Assembly (NCBI GenBank): GCA_002633005.1
Contig: NMRA01000959.1
Location: 24,252-88,251, forward strand
From: Phoronis australis
Taxonomy: Eukaryota; Animalia; Phoronida
Reading direction: 5' to 3'
DNA: 64,000 bases
Shown here: positions 11,039-24,710 of the stretch, piece by piece
Layout of the letters: each line of letters starts with the position of its first letter
How positions within the stretch are numbered: position 1 is the stretch's first letter
Notes under the pieces: generated by a model
Told to the model about the DNA's origin: nothing
What the model saw: the letters and a program-made list of their open reading frames with translations, nothing else
Databases searched by the model: none
Position numbers and translations under genes: made by a program

Positions 11039-13967
11039 TACTGCATGTTAACAAGCTCGTGTACTTGTAGAAAAACGCACATCACAAGAAATGCGCATTA
11101 CTTTATTCAACAAACCACAACAAATAGCTTATCTATCAAATTTATCGCAACACAGTAACAGTCGCAATAATTATTTGCACGAAGATGGGCAAACCAGATG
11201 TGCAGGTCTGATGTGCCCAGTTGTGATATTTCTGGCACTGCAGTCACACTTCCCGAGGTCTTGAACAACTGTATGACTGTCTGCACACCAGACACATCTC
11301 GTCATCCTCCTGGGGATTACATTTGCGGGTCTTTTTTGTGCTTTTTTCTTAGCTGACTGTGATGTTTTCTTCGCCTTATATTCCTCTAACTTTCTCTTGG
11401 TAGGTTGATGAAGTGATGACAGCAGCTGTTTCTGCCCTTGATGTCGAGTGCCGAGATAAACTCGGCAATGGCGACAGTTGTCTTATGATGACTTCAAGTT
11501 TCTCTTGCTCTAAAATTGTATTGTCCTGCAGAACACATGTATAGTGACCAACATCGTCACCAATCGTTGCAAATCGTACAATGAGGAAATCCTTCTCAAG
11601 CGTTCTGATTCCGCATTGTGCGATAACAACGTCGTCGGAATTTAGCACGCTGATAGTATTTCCGATCACTTTGCTTAATGCCGCCAGCTCTAGTTCTCCT
11701 GGCATACACGTCAGGTCAGCCATGGCAGCTATGCGTTCTTTCATCGAGTTGTATCGCAGTTCCATCGGTAGGTCTCCATTGATTACCTCCGTATCCAACC
11801 CCTCGTATCCACCGATGTTCTGGTACATGTAAGTGATCACTTTCCCTCTCAGGCCATCAGATTGTGTGGTCTGATATATATCCATGAGAGGATCTAACGG
11901 TCGTCCATGCTGTTCTCACTCTGCATCTTGGAGATGCATCTCCAAAGAGATTACTAAACTGCGGAAAAGACAGCATCCATCCCCCGACGTTTTTATTTCT
12001 GTAACCGTCGACGATATTTCTACGGCTGTCGACGTCAGTGAGTCTGCCATTTCCACAGCAGGCGAGCAACACTTTGAACATAACCAGCGACTGCAGCATC
12101 TTGTTCCTCCTCTGACGGCACCATGAAGGACCCTCCGAAGTCTTCATCTCGAAACACGCTTGGGTCAAAAGGCCATAAACCACAAGCCCGAATGCCATTT
12201 ACGGCTCTCTCGGGGACGCTTGTGAGACGAAATGCTTTGCCTGGTAGAGCTGCAATTTCGTGAATAGTGAATCTCCTCCCTGGGTTGGCCATCAACAAGG
12301 TGTCATCTTCTGCATTAAAGGCGGCCTTTAACGATATGAAGCAAAATCGGTCAAGCGGTTGCAATTTGTGGGTGCAATGCGGTGGAAACGTTGTCATTTC
12401 CATGCCGCTATCGCGAAAATAGTCGGCTGCTTAAAGCGTTTTGTGACTATGGTGCCCGTCTAATAAAATAATGTGAGGACTTTCCTTCGAACAGATCGTC
12501 ATGTTCTTAAAATTTTATAAAAATCTTCCAGCCTTTCACAAAACAGATCTGCATCTGTCCATCCGTTGGAACTGGCGCGCCCGACTGACTGTGGAGGAGC
12601 ACTATTCATTAAGCTCTCCTGCATTCACTTCCTGGGAAATATATATATAGGGGTGATGAATGTACCGGAAGCACTGCACGCACAAATACAGGTGATCAGT
12701 GCTCCTCGTTCACCGCCTGTTATTCTTCCAAATGAATCCGAATAACTCCTTTGCATGCCAGTACTTTCCGTGGTTTCTAGAACGTTGTGCAACCTGTCTC
12801 ATCCATATTCCAAATCCTTGATGGCAAGTACATGTAATTCTGTTTATTTAGACAATCGTTTAGTAGGCTGCAAAAGGCAGAAATTCGCTGTTTATTAAAC
12901 CTTGAAGCTCTGTACGTGTTTAGGTTTTCTCAAACTGAGGTCCTGTCACCTAGGGAAAGCCTTCGCCCAGTTTGTTCCTGCCAACTTTGAGGTCTTGTTG
13001 AAGGGGTGATCAAGGCTAGCGGTTTCAGCGACATCGAAAGCAAGTCTGCACAAGTCATGCATGGACAGAGCAAACGACGCTGCATTGCCTCTACATGTGT
13101 TTTAAGCTCTATTTCGACCCTAACAGGGAAAGCTGGGTTGAATCTTCCAAACATGTGTGCCCGGTTCATCCACAAGACTGTCCTGCTGACGCCGGAGGGT
13201 TTCGGCCGGAACTCTGAACTACATGTATTTCCTAGCCCTGAACAGAGGGACTCCTTCAACTACTGCCTTTAGCGCTGCTTGTAACATTTCTTCTCCATAC
13301 TTTCCCCTTTCTGTCAAGTGGGTAACATTTAGATATTTTCATAAAATTTCTAAAAAAAACCTCGCATCAAACAAAGTTACACAATGTAGGCCCTAACTTT
13401 TTTACCTATCCCTTCACCCGTTAGAGTTACGAATGTGCCTAGTAAATGAAAACAGTAATGATATCATTAAATTGCAAAAAAAGTTTTTTATAAATTCAAG
13501 GTACTTGTTTAAAGGCAGAGCACACTTCGACTGATAGAATTCTAAGTGTAAGGGCAGAACGCCCACTGTACTGAAGCCAAAGGCCCTTGTAGGCGTTTTA
13601 CCCACCAGCATGGAGGCATTTTATTCCCAGTGAACAGCATCCTATTTTTTAACAAAACACTGTACAAAGGGAGATAAGTCAAATTAAATGACTCTAACAA
13701 CAACTTAATACACTAATTTAGCAGGAAAAATGTCAGTTATTATTAGTAACGCATGCTACACTAAACTTAACGAAGTGTTGTTTTTACAAGAAAACCAACG
13801 TAAATAATGAAGCATAGCTCATAAACATACCGTTGAAGTCTGAGTTTCAAAAAAACGTGTTTAACCGGAAGACGTAATGCTTCACGTGACTCCCTACGTT
13901 GTATAATTTCCGACATATAGAGGGTAGGCGTTTGACCTCGCGTAGGCTTTTTGCCCCATGTTACTCT
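11037..13967 (-). mobile_element. Pogo/Tigger-family (DDE_1) DNA transposon relic: HTH_psq - DDE_1 - OTU-like - PHD
   Basis: GKYGEEMLQAALKAVVEG..RARKY (HTH, ~13230-13310); WNMDETG (~12793-12812); FPPHCTHKLQPLD...IRACGLWPFD (12035-12403); GDGCCLFRSL, GELELAALSK and GHY (OTU); CLVC...QC...WAH..C (PHD, ~11180-11300); terminal repeats ending CCCCATGTTACTCT at 13967. Disrupted by stops and frameshifts. Confidence 0.85.
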
Positions 13968-14385
13968 TCATGTACACATGTAGGTGAGTTACACAACCAG
14001 GCAAACACTACCCAGTGAGTAGGCGGGGTGGGTTGCAAACTGAGAAAGACCACCAGCTAAGAGTACTGAATAAAAACCATTGAAGAATAATTTTCAATAC
14101 TTAATTAGAGGTTTCCGTAAACATGAAATCGATTTACTGCTTTTTATGTACATGTATATTTTTTAAAAACCTGCCCGATCAAAACAAATGAACGTCACCA
14201 ATAACGCTCCGCCGTTTGATCCTTGAGAGCTCTAGACACACAATCAGTTGTTTCCAGAGCTTCAGAAAAGAGAAAATAACCTTACCTGGATACCTCATTC
14301 GTTCCCTAAAGAATTTCACTGACGAGATAGCTCACACACTATTTGCTGTGCAGTCTGAGACTTAAAACAGTACTTGGGACATTAC

Positions 14386-14685
14386 CAGCCGATTTCATAA
14401 AGGTGGTTTAAAGTTAAACCTGGTTTAAACTGGGCTTAGACCAGGTTTAAAGATAATCTGCATTTCATAAAGGTGGTTTAACTTTTAGACCAGTGGTCTT
14501 GTAAAACCTGGTTTAACTCCACTTTAGACCTGGTTGAAGTCAGTTTTCATTTCACCAACGAGGTATACATTACTTGGACCTGTATTTAGATCATAAACCA
14601 GAATTAACTTTAGACTTGGTCATACCCAGGTTTAACACTTTTAAAGATGGCCGACTCAGACTTGCGAGATATACATGTGCTCTAT
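14386..14685 (+). mobile_element. Terminus of a PIF/Harbinger-like element rich in short palindromes, truncated at the assembly junction
   Basis: CAGCCGATTTCATAAAGG start and repeated AAACCTGGTTTA/GACCAGGTTT motifs; absent from the duplicate copy (GGACATTAC|ATG at 15718). Confidence 0.55.
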
Positions 14686-14686
14686 N

Positions 14687-15718
14687 CAAAGTTACACAAT
14701 GTAGGCCCTAACGTTTTTACCTATCCCTTCACCCGTTAGAGTTACGAATGTGCCTAGTAAATGAAAACAGTAATGATATCAATAAATTGCAAGAAAAAAG
14801 TTTTTTTATAAATTCAAGGTACTTGTTTAAAGGCAGAGCACACTTCGACTGATAGAATTCTAAGTGTAAGGGCAAAACGCCCACTGTACTGACGCCAAAG
14901 GCCCTTGTAGGCGTTTTGCCCACCAGCATGGAGGCATTTTATTCCCAGTGAACAGCATCCTATTTTTTAACAAAATACTGTACAAAGGGAGATAAGTCAA
15001 ATTAAATGACTCTAACAACAACTTAATACACTAATTTAGCAGGGGAAAATGTCAGTAATTATAAGTAACGCATGCTACACTAAACTTAACGAAGTGTTGT
15101 TTTTACAAGAAAACCAACGTAAATAATGAAGCATAGCTCATAAACATACCGTTGAAGTCTGAGTTTCAAAAAAACGTGTCAGCAGACGATCGTGTTTAAC
15201 CGGAAGACGTAATGCTTCACGTGACTCCCTACGTTGTACAATTTCCGACTTATAGAGGGTAGGCGTCTGACCTCGCGTAGGCTTTTTGCCCCATGTTACT
15301 CTTCATGTACACATGTAGGTGAGTTACACAACCAGGCAAAGACTACCCAGTGAGTAGGCGTGGTGGGCTGCAAACTGAGTGAGACCACCAGCTAAGAGTA
15401 CTGAATAAAAAACATTGAACAATAATTTTCAATACTTAATTAGAGGTTTCCGTAAACATGAAATCGATTTACTGCTTTTTATGTACATGTATATTTTTTA
15501 AAAACCTGCCCGATCAAAACTAATGAACGTCACCAACAACGCTCCGTCGTTTGATCCTTGAGAGCTCTAGACACACAATCAGTTGTTTCCAGAGCTTCAG
15601 AAAAGAGAAAATAACCTTACCTGGATGCCTCATTCGTTCCCTAAAGAATTTCAATGACGAGATAGCTCACACTATTTGCTGTGCAGTCTGAGACTTAAAA
15701 CAGTACTTCGGACATTAC
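14687..15718. repeat. Near-identical duplicate of 13372-14385; probable allelic overlap
   Basis: Starts right after the single N at 14686 and differs only by scattered SNPs and small indels. Confidence 0.85.
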
Positions 15719-18391
15719 ATGTTTTCTTTTCGATCATCTTGCTTGTGATGAAATGCATTTTATCATGTAACTAACGTGACGTATAAACCCGTGCGTGGAG
15801 GGCTGGGTGTTCCTATTTGTTATTTGTTGCTTCATTTCACCTGTGCAAACACGTGGCACTTCTTACTTGCATACCAAATTTAATAGTATTCCTCGTAGAA
15901 TGCATATCAAGGATTCTGGATTCATAAAGTTGAGTTAAATCTGCAGTTTTGATGCTGTGAATGAGACTGAATGTGATGTTATTGTAGTTGAGATACCATG
16001 CTTGTCACTTTGGGGGCGTGGTTTTGATTACTACCTGCTGCCAATTTTCAGACATTGGACTTGAACAACAAATTTGTTCGCGCAGTTTCACTACAAGACA
16101 AAAAGTTCCGTCCGTCGTTAAGTTCTCAAGTGATCTAGCTAGGCTACAGGATTTCGGACCGACAGACAACCGCTAACAGCTTAAAGTTGACCCCTAGCAC
16201 AACTAGGAGACGTTCGGTAAACCAAGTTTCTTGCTGGATGTGATGCAAGGGAAAATGCGGGCTGGCTATTAGGAGGCGGTTGGTCGGAAGAGATTTAAGC
16301 AACAAACGAACTAGAGTTTAACGAATCTATTGTGATATTTGAAGTGATAAGCCAAGCTGAGTGAAACTAAAGTATTAATCTTAACACTGCAGACTGTGCA
16401 GATTCAAGATGAGTGCGCACGAAAGACCACGAAACGGACTCATTTAAAAAAACGTAGAAAGTCACATAAAGCCTACATGTACAAGACACAATAATCAACC
16501 AGTTGAGTTCGATGTATGTATTTAAGTCGCACTGCATCCGAGAATATACAGCAAACCAGTTTGTCTGAAATGATCGCAACAATGCACCAAGCCTTCTGGA
16601 AACTCAATCTTTAACAGTTGGTTGAACTTGTTTTGACCTGCTCTGTTAAGACTGTCGACAACTGACTCATTTCTAGCTCACTAGCCGATCGAGAATGTCA
16701 CAAGGGGTGTAACCGCACGATCTGCATATGACAACGGTGTTTTTTTTTTATTTTTGTCCATGACCCTGGGAGGGGGGTGCTCTGTCCACCTTAAAACCAC
16801 TTTGTAACTGTCGCGACATTATTCCTTCACATTTTCGGCTTGACAAGGGAAATCACTTATTGATATTTTAACTTCAGTTTGGTATTACTGATTGAAATAT
16901 GTTTCGAGTAATATCTAAATGATACGTGCGTCTTAAGTTCCTTTACCCCACATATCGCGTTTTGGTCGTGATAGACCGATCACAAAAACCTCCCTCATTT
17001 TTGGGTCAGTGGAAATTCCAAAAAAACACATTTTTTGGCCGGTAACATGCAATTTCATTCCTATTCCCATTACCTGAAGGCGTTAAGTTCCATTGCCAGA
17101 CCAGACATAGTTTATTGCCCCTTCTGCCAAACGGGTAACGAACAATTCGAATCTCTGATAAAAGCGAATGTCAAGTTTATAGTCCCTGTAACCTCCGAGC
17201 TGCGATCACAAAATTCTTATGCACACTAGTATACATGACATGCAGCACGATCTTGTACTCGAGGTCATTGGTTAATGTATTGAATGATACATTGTTGAGC
17301 GTTAAGATCACTATGCATGCACAACCAACGATTAAATATATCCATCTATTTGGCGTACCAACATATTACACTACGTAGGGATTTCTGTCGTTTGCACAAC
17401 CTCTGGACGAATGCGGGTAAATGTTAATGAGACTCTTCCATTGACTATTTTTAAAATGAAGTAATATTACATAGACCCAAAATAATGATTGCATAGGTAT
17501 TCATTATTTACTCAGTTTCTAATACGGTAGGCCAACCCCGTTTTCGTTTAATTCTTATCGTCCTAGCGCATGAACGGCAAATTTAGCTGCAGCAGTGCAT
17601 TGTACACACATGAAATTGCAATGAGTGAAGATTAACTCTTGACATGAAACTAGGAACTGGTATTTTTAATGGTTCATGGTTCCTAGAACGAGTTCTGAAT
17701 AGTAGCGTTAGGTAGCCACCAAATACTTGCAGCCGAGAAAATATTCTTGAGCCCACAATAATGTATATTAACTAGAAAGATTATTGTCATGCCCTGAAAC
17801 TTTCTATTTCGAATTGAATTAGACATACCATACTGATCAGTCATTACTTGGTGGCCTATAGTGATAAGAACTCATAGCCTTTTATCAATTCTAAAACGTG
17901 TTACAGCTAAGTTATCCATAGTGAGAGATCTTCAATACATCTTTTTTGTTTTCTTCAGCGAATTTGAGTGTTCAAACTCTTATTTTGCACCTTCTTTTGT
18001 CCGTTACTATTTGGTCATATTCCCTCTGTACATATCTTTAGGTCAATCATTATCTATTTGTTTCACTTGCAACAGAACTAACTGGTTTCCCAAGATTAAA
18101 TTCATATGTTGTGCTTTTCAACTAAGTAGCTATGTATGTACCTGTAAGCGAGCCTATGATCTTATTTTTTTTAAAATGACTCCCCTAATTGTCCTTACTA
18201 CCTTATTCATTTAACAACCCTTGAATTTTCAACAAGCATTGGTGTATTAATTGTTAAATACGGCTATCCTTTGAGTGCCTCGAGTAGTGTGAGTTTCTCT
18301 GGTCTTACAATGTTTTCATCCGCATGGTAACAGTTCAATTCTTCTCACCGGTATCGAATGAGATATCACGCTATGCGGGTTCAGCTTACTG

Positions 18392-21300
18392 ATGTGTCTT
18401 ACTATTGTTTACATAACACCTGACTGTATGGATTACGGAATCGTCATTGGCATGTGCCTCCTTTTAGCTGGCGATGTTGAAGAAAATCCTGGGCCTGAAG
18501 ACAATACTACCTTTAAAATCTTATTTTCAAATATTAACAGCATTAAATCCAACAATTTCTCCAGATTCCATTTTCTAAAAAGCTTTGTTCTGTCTCACGA
18601 TTACATGATTGTCGCTCTGTGAAACTTGTAATGTTACCAAAGACGACCTTGATAATGAACTAATCATTCCTGGTTACAGTGTAGCCTATCACAGTAACAG
18701 TGGCCGTGGCATCATCTTATTCACTAAAAACTCTCATTTAAATTATGTCATAGCTTAACTTGTCCTCAGTTATGCAACTGCTGGATCGAAATTTATTTCG
18801 ATCACAGAAAAATTTACTATGGGTTGTTTTATCGCTCACCTTCTCAATCACCAACTGAAAGAAAACTCTACTTCAAAGCCCTAGCCTATCAGTTAGCGGA
18901 ACTTAACCTCAATTTCGTTAGTATAATCATAAATGGTGATTTCAATGCCCGAAACTCTACATGGTACAATGATGATCATGACAATACGGCCGGTCTACAA
19001 TTGTTTGATATCTTATTGTCTAATGACTGCATACAACTAATTAATGAGCCAACCAGTATCACCGACGTTTCTCATTCATGTATTGACCTCTGTATAACAA
19101 ACAATTTGAGTATCATTGACTCATGTTCTGTACAACCTCCTGTTGGCAATTCTGATCACCACACAAACGAAACCACTCTAACACTTAAAAAACCGGTTAA
19201 AGAACAACACACCACTCGAACCAATTGGAAATATGATCAGGTCGACACCGATAAACTGCATCAGGATATCACCAACACTGACTGGGATTCCATATTGAAC
19301 ACTGGCGACATTGATGACACTGTTTCACTCTTCACTAGTACTCTCTATGAAAGTTTAAAAAAACAACATCCCATCAACTGAAAAGATAATTAAACACAAC
19401 AGCCAACAATACTGTTAAACGGGCAATCCGCACAAGAAACAGACTTTACAGCTCTTTCAGAAGATCTAACAACACTATAATCTACAACAGATATAAGGAG
19501 CAGTCACGTCTTGTTGAAACTTTAGTAAATCAAGCCAAAGCTGATCACCGACACAAGCTTTTTCAACAAATTAACAGCGCAAGCAAGAACTCCAAACAAT
19601 ACTGGAACATCATCAATAAAATACGCGACAATCAACAACAATCCTCCTATCCTGTCATCAACTATAATTGTTACCTAGCCTCAAGTAGTAGTGACAAGTG
19701 TGATTTGTTTCTCAAATTTTTCACGAACAAAAGCCACATTATACCAACTGAAGTAGGTAACTTTCCCTTTCTTCGTGAACGTTGTCTCAATCAACAGTCT
19801 GACATCCCGGCTAGTCAAACTGATGTCTGGAAGTAACTCAATGAAATTGGCTCCAATAAGAATGATGGCACAGCTTGAATAACCAGCAAGATGATCAAAA
19901 TGATTGCCAATGAAATTACCATGCCCCTGACCAATCTGTTTAACAAAATTCTTCAGCTAGGTATATATCCGTCTTCTGGAAACATGAAATTATGGTCCCT
20001 ATACACAAAAAAGGCTCCAAAACTGAAATTTCAAATTATTGCCCAATAACTTTACTTAACACCCTGTCCAAAATCTTTGAGAAGATCATTGCTCAAAGTA
20101 TTCTTACATTTCTCAAACAAAACAACTTGATCTATCATCGCCAATTTGTTTTTTTTTTGCGTGGGAACAGTACCGTGGCACAACTTGTTGAAATAGTACA
20201 TGAGATTCATTTACATTTTTAGAAGGGCGAGAGTGTCAGGTCCATTTTTGTAGATATAGCTTCTGCTTTCGACTGTGTCCCTCACGACCTTCTACTTCAC
20301 AAACTTCGATCCTATGGCATTACTGATAATCTTTTAAACATGATCCCCTCATATCTCTCCGAAAGAACATATAGTGTTCGTGTCGACGGCGTCCTTCCGA
20401 CTTTATCCCCTCCTGGATTTGTAAACGCAGGTGTACCGCAGGATATCGTATTGGGCCCTCTTCTCTTCTTGGTTTATATTAATGACCTTCCTGATAACCT
20501 GACATGTAGCACATACCTTTATGCAGATGACACGGCGCTTTTTCACCCCTTCGCAGGGAGCAGCCCTGAATGCTCTTTGCAGCTTCAACACGACTTAAAT
20601 AAACTCAGCTAATGGCCACAAGAATGGAGAATGAATTTTAAACCAGAAAAAAACGTTGACCTCACCTTCTCCAAATCTATTAATGCTCTCTTCCTTGTTG
20701 ACATGTGTTATGACCTTCAACTTAATGATGAAATCATTCCTAGAAAACAGTCGCACAGACATCTACTGTAGGTGTACTGTTAGATGAAAAACTCTCATTC
20801 ACCCCTCACGTTCGGGAGCTCGTACAAAAAACTCAGGAACTGATTAACCCACTTAAGCTTGTCTCTCGTCATCTGAATTCTACACACCTAGAAGTTTTGT
20901 TCAAATCATTTATACTTCCACACATTGATTATTGTGATATTATATATCAGTCTGCCAATACGGGTGCACTCCAACATTTGCAGAAGTTACAATATCAAGC
21001 CGCCTTACTCATGACCGGAGCTTACAGGGGATCCAATAGTGTTAAGGTTTTGAATAGTCTCAAGTGGCCCAAACTGTCTACTCGACGCAATCTTCACATG
21101 ACCACATTTACTTTCAAGGTAATAAACAATGTCAACAACGTGTCTGTCAAAAAAATATTTGATCTATATACTAGACAAGGCCATCGTAGTGATTTGAGAT
21201 CCTCCACCCCATATGCAATTCCTCCGTCGTTCAGTCAGGCATTCAGAAGGTCTACAGTCATGATGTGCATCAACAACTGGAATTCTCTTCCAGTCTCTGT

Positions 21301-21950
21301 TAAGGAAAGCAACTCTTTTACGAGTATAAAAAATAATTTTAGAACTGTTTTTCATAATTTTGATAACTCAACACCCTTGACTCAATTCTCCCTTACCCGC
21401 GATAACGAAATAGCATTGTGCAGATCAAAATGTGGCCTTTTCCTCAACTCTGACAAGTTCAGCCGCAACTTTAGTAATGTCTCTCCAAACTGTAAATGTG
21501 GTGACCATCAATCTTATCCTCATATTTTCTTCAAATGTCCCCTCATCGAATCCCTGAGAGACTCACTCTTTCGTGCACTCAATGATAACGCTCTCAATTC
21601 TTGTAATATTATCCCTACTAGAGTTACATTATTACTGAATGGTAGTCCTAACCTTGACTTTGTTCTCAACGAATTCCTCCTAAGCAACGTAAGCAAATTT
21701 TTATGTACCGTTTATCAATATTGTTGCATCTGATTTCCCTACATTTATCTGTACATATTTTTGTTTTTATATATCTGTAATAGCATGTCTAAGTATTGGA
21801 ATACTTATTTTAGATACTACTTAATTGTATATACCTCTATGTATATAAGTTTCATTTATGAATTGTTTATAACCCAGATATAATCCTTCGCGGTTTCTGG
21901 GTTTGTTATTATTTCTTTGTGTGTTCTGTGTATCCTTCAATAAATATATA
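18392..21950 (+). mobile_element. CR1/L2-group LINE ORF2 relic (2A peptide - APE endonuclease - RT - Cys-rich C-terminus) with 3' tail
   Basis: NINSI, FYRSPS, INGDFNA, SCIDL and SDH (APE); [26 protein letters not shown] and LYADD (RT); CKCG...HIFFKCP; 3' hairpin AACCCAGA...TCTGGGTT (~21870-21903) followed by AATAAA. Several frameshifts and stops. Confidence 0.9.
18458..18496 (+). other. 2A-like ribosomal skipping (StopGo) motif LLLAGDVEENPGP
   Basis: Exact match to the D(V/I)ExNPG|P consensus, directly upstream of the APE domain. Confidence 0.85.
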
Positions 21951-24642
21951 TCGCAGTCCGGGTACGCTTATGCCATCCTTGAAAAGGTCGACCCCTTTTC
22001 CCTGTAGAATGCCGTCGACACCATGGTAGTTTCAGACACTTGAATAAAATTACTGGCTGCTTATTCCTGTGTCACACTGCAGCAGCAGCCCTTAGCTATC
22101 CTCAGCGCCAGCTTACAGTATGAAGACTATCGTCAAATTACAGCTTGTTAGTAGGCCTATACAGCTTTGCGCCATGGCTACCCTTGGGCCTACCTGGCAC
22201 TTGGCCACAGTGCTCGCTCAAACGAGGTTTTTTTAGAACTCGGGGTTTTCTGGCAAACTGCGCAAAGTTGTTGACTTTCAAGGGACATTTGCCTAGACAT
22301 TGCATGAGTGCAGCAAGCCTAAAAATGGGGTGCCGGAATTTTTTGAATGTGTACCGTTTGCTATAAGATTCACTGATTATGTTCAGAGCTATGAATTGCA
22401 GGTGCTACATTTTGGTACTTCCTGCCTTTTAGTTGATTTTTGTCTGTTTTTCTACTTTTTTCGGATATCGTGCTTCTCTAATTGAGGAAGACCTTTTTCC
22501 ATTCCTCCAAAAAGGGGACTCGTTGGAGCACATAAGTATGACAAATCTAATACAAAATGTTATCATTTTTTTATCCATCAAGCAGTGAGTACGAAAGAAG
22601 TGACCTTACAACTGCGCCACATCGATAATTGTAATTTGTGGGTGGCAATCTCAGTGACAGCATTGCAAGAACCCATAAAATGATAAACTTCCAGTGAACT
22701 TGGTTTTCAACTTTATGTTTTATTTAAGCATTATTCTATTGAAATAATAATAAACTCAAGGCATCAAGAAATCTTTCCTGATGAAGCTACTGAGCATATT
22801 ATTTATGGCAAGCTAAATATATCATGCTTTGGTCACTCAATCATTGAAATGAAAGAACACATCAGATGGCGATTATGATTTGTTAATTTAGATTTAGGTG
22901 TTCCACGGTTCAAATCAAAAGCAAGTGCTTTCAGTCAGAACTCTATATTTGGTTTCACCTTCTTCACAGAGTCTCCATAAGCATTAATTTGTAGTAATTG
23001 AATGTTTGACTTAACGTGAATAAAGTGTATTACTACTTAAAGGCTTTCAATGTAGTTGACATTTATATCTACTGTACATCAGTCAAAATGAAATAATCTC
23101 AGTATAGGAAAGCTATGTAAGCCAAAATAATTAACCATAATAAGTTACTTAAAATGCACACCACTTTACAACATTTAACCATTGCAAACACTATCCAACA
23201 GCACAAGTTTTTATGATATGAAAATGGACATACGTGTAACTATTGCCATGCTGACCGAATAGTGTTTCCTTAAATCAGAATTTGACAAGCATGGTTTAAA
23301 AAACAAGATGTTACAAGGAACAAGAATTGAAGGCTTGAAGTTTCACAATCCAACACAGCATATTTCTCTAAGGTTCTTCATATTGTTGACTTGATAACCT
23401 GATAATATGAATCATTTTCTGACACTTAATCAAGCCTTTAACAGCAGTCAAACAAAAAACATTTCAAAATTATTTCAACTATTTTTAGCTTAGTGCAAAA
23501 TCACCTGAATGGGATATCCACAGTGAAATGATTCGATATACAGTGTATCTGATGTATTTGCACAAAAACACCTAAATTCCTTTTTTGTACCAACGTTTGT
23601 CAAAATGTATCAACGTTAAATCTTCACGAATTACAACGTAACAGGTTGAACATCCTTCCAGTTCAGCAAAAGTAGCCATGTTGTCGGTGCTGCCAGAAAT
23701 GAAACCAACGGGAATTGTGAGCACATTTATCACATAATAAGTAACAACTGCGGATCTGAAATTTGGTGAAAACGTGGAGAATAGTTAGTAAAGATATGTC
23801 TCACCAAATTTTTCCGTAAACTGTTGAGTGAAACAACTTACACAAAGTTTCAAACTCGTAAGTTATCCCGCTGTCGTCTAAGATGGCCGACGCGATCCAA
23901 ACAAAGTGACCCAGATTTCGCCGCAAAAATTAAAGTAACTTTACACTGCTTAACCCGATTTTGATACTTTTTCGATTTTTACTGAGTAGAATGAACTATC
24001 TTTCCGATGATAGCGCAACACTTTTTCAAATCGAAAAAAAAGTAAGAAAGGAAAAAAAATTGATTTGACTCGTATTGGTTCCTAGGTTCGACTACCCAAC
24101 ATAATACGAACTAAACACAAATGCTATTTAAACATAACAAACAACAGTACGTGTAACATTACAAAACATTCAACAACCGCTAACTACAAATTATAAATAC
24201 ACTACACATAAAAACGAATCACGATAAACTACTAATAAAACAAAAGATTGAAGACTTCTCGAGCTAGCGATAGCACGTTTTGTTACAAGGAAAAATGGCG
24301 GCGTCCAGGACAAGCTCCTGAACTGACGAATGGGAAATGTGGATACGGAAATAGCCGATGACATCCGGTAAATCTACGCTCCCAGAGAAGGGTCAAATAC
24401 TGTTAAAAATCGTTTTTGTCACGAAAGGTGACAAGAATATAACGAAAAGGTATCGAAAATAAGATTTTATTCAGTACTTTCTGGTATTGGAACCGCATTG
24501 CATTTTGAGATAAGGACTTTAAAACCTAATGATGGATTTTTTGTTGTATATTATTGTCCAAATCACATGTGAAAAATGCAAAACGCCGCTCAGGGGATGT
24601 ATGTAATAAGAGTTGGCTTCAAACATTAATTACACATATATC

Positions 24643-24710
24643 GAGTTCTCAGTAGCTCAGTGGTAAGAGCACTAGACCGGCAATTTAGAGATCTAGATTC
24701 CCAGTAGGGG
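24643..24710 (+). mobile_element. tRNA-derived SINE head fragment
   Basis: CTCAGTAGCTCAGTGGTAAGAGCACTAGACCGGCA; same family as the head at 7809-7872; B-box decayed. Confidence 0.6.

Noticed and set aside
24643-24710. Functional tRNA gene
   Set aside because: Only the 5' half is tRNA-like, with no T-arm or acceptor stem closure; better explained as a SINE head.
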